A stretch of DNA of 54,093 nt from positions 1 to 54,093 of the IMG/VR virus record IMGVR_UViG_3300032301_000602; one strand, written 5' to 3'. Position 1 is the stretch's first letter. Each line of letters opens with the position of its first letter. This DNA is from a virus. Lineage: Duplodnaviria > Caudoviricetes. The notes under the pieces are model-generated. The model saw only the letters and a list, made by a program, of their open reading frames with translations, searched no databases and was not told the DNA's origin. Of this stretch, positions 52,306 through 54,093 are shown piece after piece. The translations under genes and the position numbers were made by a program.

Positions 52306-54093
52306 ATGGCAATACCTGACGGCGCGATAGAAAAATATGGAAGGCTATGGACCCCTCGCAACGGGGCTGTTGTTACACCTCTCCGTATTGAAATGGACGC
52401 CTTTCTTTTGGGACTAACCCAAGAAGAAGGTGGACTTGGCAAGGCGACCCACTACCGGAATATAGTGTCTACTATTTGGCCAACTTATGCATGGCACAAG
52501 TGGGCTGAGTTACGGGCACAGGCGTTTTGCAAGGTAAACATTGAAGAGGATATTCAGACAGGCAACAAATTTATCCGAAGTGTTACTGGTTTAGCTGGAG
52601 GCACAGACTCCGGTAAGTCTTATGATATGGCCGCACTAGCACTGGTTAACTGGTTTGTTGATCCGCTCAACACGATGGTTATTGTGGTTTCGACCAGCAA
52701 GATTGACGCAAAACAACGAATTTGGGCTGCACTGGTAAAGATGTACCGAGAGGCTCATGCTGTTGGAGTGGCGGCTGGAAGGCTCATTGAGTCCATGGAT
52801 ATCATCAAGCTTTCAGATGAGGAGGGTAAGGCCATCGATCCCAATATTGGCGTTAGTGACGCTTCCTCAATCATGCTGCTTGCGGCTGGCGATGAGTACA
52901 AGGATGATGCTCAGAAACGCCTTCAGGGTAAGAAGAATCGTCGTATCGTATTGATTATAGATGAGTTACAAGACTGCTCGTCTTCCGTAATTAACGAGGC
53001 TCTTTGGGGATTTAAGGGAGCGCAAGAGCTTCACGTTGTTGGTGCTGGCAACCCATCCTCCATCTTTGACCCCCACGGGAAATTCTGCGAACCCATCAAG
53101 GGGTGGATGAGCGTGGACGAGGAAACCCCGAACTGGAAAATCAAGGTAGCAGGTATTGAGGGACTAGCCCTGCGTTTCGATTCCGAAAAAGACAACCCTA
53201 ACCAACAATCTTTTGATAAGGGTAAGGGTCTTCGCTATCCATTCCTTCCAAAGCCCAATGACGTTTCTGTAGCCAAAAAAGAACTCGGAGAACTCAATCC
53301 CCAGTACTGGCGTAAGTTTCGGGGCTTTTGGCCACCAGCAGATGCTGATGATTGTACAGTTGTTTCGGACATCCTCTTAGCCCGTCACGGGGCTCTGGAT
53401 AAGCCAATCTGGGATGGAACCCCGAAAGATATTGCCGGAATCGACCCCAGCTATACAGAGGGAGGAGACCGCTTTGTCTTTACCCACATGAAATGGGGCA
53501 AGCTAATCTCGGGCAAGTGGGCTATAGCCCTAGAGAAGCAGTACGTCCTCAACCGGAGGGCGGGGTCTCAGGAGGACTTCCAGTATGAGATGATCCAGCA
53601 AATCCATGATTTATCCATCAAACTGGGAATACCTAACCAATGGATGGGGGTGGACGCTTCGGCAGGCGGCATCTTCTGGTCAATCGGAGAGAGGGAGCTT
53701 CTAAGGGGTTGGCATGCAGTGAGTTTTGCAGGAGCAGCCTCAGACCTTCCGGTCAGCGCCCAGTACGCATTAAGAAACGAGGCCACCGGAAAGCCGCAGG
53801 TTGGCAAGGAATTGTTCCACAACATGTCCAGTGAGCTATGCTTTGTCTCTCGCTACTTCTTGGAATGCGAGCAACTTAAAGGGGTAACACCGGACTTAGC
53901 ATGGGAAATGACTCAGCGAAAGTATGTGAGAAGGACTCGGAAGATTATAATCGAGAGTAAGACAGACATGAAGAAGCGTATAGGTAAGTCCCCCGACTTG
54001 TTTGACTCTTTCTCTGTTGGACTATTTGTGGCCCGTAAGGTTTTCGGTGCTATGGCGGGATCTGAGGCAATAGAAGAAAAGAAACGTAAAAAC
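52306..54093 (+). CDS. terL: Terminase large subunit (3' end outside window; absent from ORF track)
   Basis: Open frame from ATG 52306: GGTDSGKS (Walker A), LIIDELQD (Walker B), GAGNP, GIDPS..GGD, KSPDLFDS. Confidence 0.88.
   Translation, partial: MAIPDGAIEKYGRLWTPRNGAVVTPLRIEMDAFLLGLTQEEGGLGKATHYRNIVSTIWPTYAWHKWAELRAQAFCKVNIEEDIQTGNKFIRSVTGLAGGTDSGKSYDMAALALVNWFVDPLNTMVIVVSTSKIDAKQRIWAALVKMYREAHAVGVAAGRLIESMDIIKLSDEEGKAIDPNIGVSDASSIMLLAAGDEYKDDAQKRLQGKKNRRIVLIIDELQDCSSSVINEALWGFKGAQELHVVGAGNPSSIFDPHGKFCEPIKGWMSVDEETPNWKIKVAGIEGLALRFDSEKDNPNQQSFDKGKGLRYPFLPKPNDVSVAKKELGELNPQYWRKFRGFWPPADADDCTVVSDILLARHGALDKPIWDGTPKDIAGIDPSYTEGGDRFVFTHMKWGKLISGKWAIALEKQYVLNRRAGSQEDFQYEMIQQIHDLSIKLGIPNQWMGVDASAGGIFWSIGERELLRGWHAVSFAGAASDLPVSAQYALRNEATGKPQVGKELFHNMSSELCFVSRYFLECEQLKGVTPDLAWEMTQRKYVRRTRKIIIESKTDMKKRIGKSPDLFDSFSVGLFVARKVFGAMAGSEAIEEKKRKN

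Noticed and set aside
52239-53834. Short ORFs listed in the track at the right end
   Set aside because: All overlap the uninterrupted terL frame starting at 52306.
1-54093. Host assignment and alternative genetic code
   Set aside because: SD-less leaders and ECF-like promoters only hint at the host; genes are intact under the standard code with all three stops in use.

Overview
A 54-kb piece of a tailed dsDNA phage genome, probably podovirus-like. It has large internal-virion/polyvalent proteins, and no capsid, portal, DNA polymerase, primase, integrase or RNA polymerase is recognisable inside the window. From left to right: nucleotide-metabolism genes and an intein-split RNase H-fold exonuclease; virion genes including a protein with a symmetric Ser/Thr/Gly repeat; a recombination-nuclease block; internal virion proteins ending in a 2911-aa polyvalent protein with ADP-ribosyltransferase-like domains; a glycan-synthesis cluster (GT-like, DUF3431, two SAM methyltransferases, rfbC); a minus-strand early region of small genes built partly from a diverged tandem duplication, with two histone-fold-like proteins; a G-skewed non-coding switch region; middle genes (dCMP deaminase, nucleases); a ~770-nt non-coding, heavily base-paired RNA locus; dnaB; and divergently oriented small and large terminase genes (the large one runs off the window). 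The signals the ORF track does not explain are: (1) the structured RNA locus at 45.3-46.1 kb, where a short upstream RNA is complementary to the 5' hairpin of a long RNA; (2) a recurring TTGAAC-N17/18-GTC promoter motif, about 10 copies, several driving leaderless genes; (3) two phage histone-like genes; (4) a duplicated antisense, possibly dual-coding gene; (5) a small RNA antisense to the CA-rich leaders of early genes. All family calls come from motif recognition by eye; no database searches were run.
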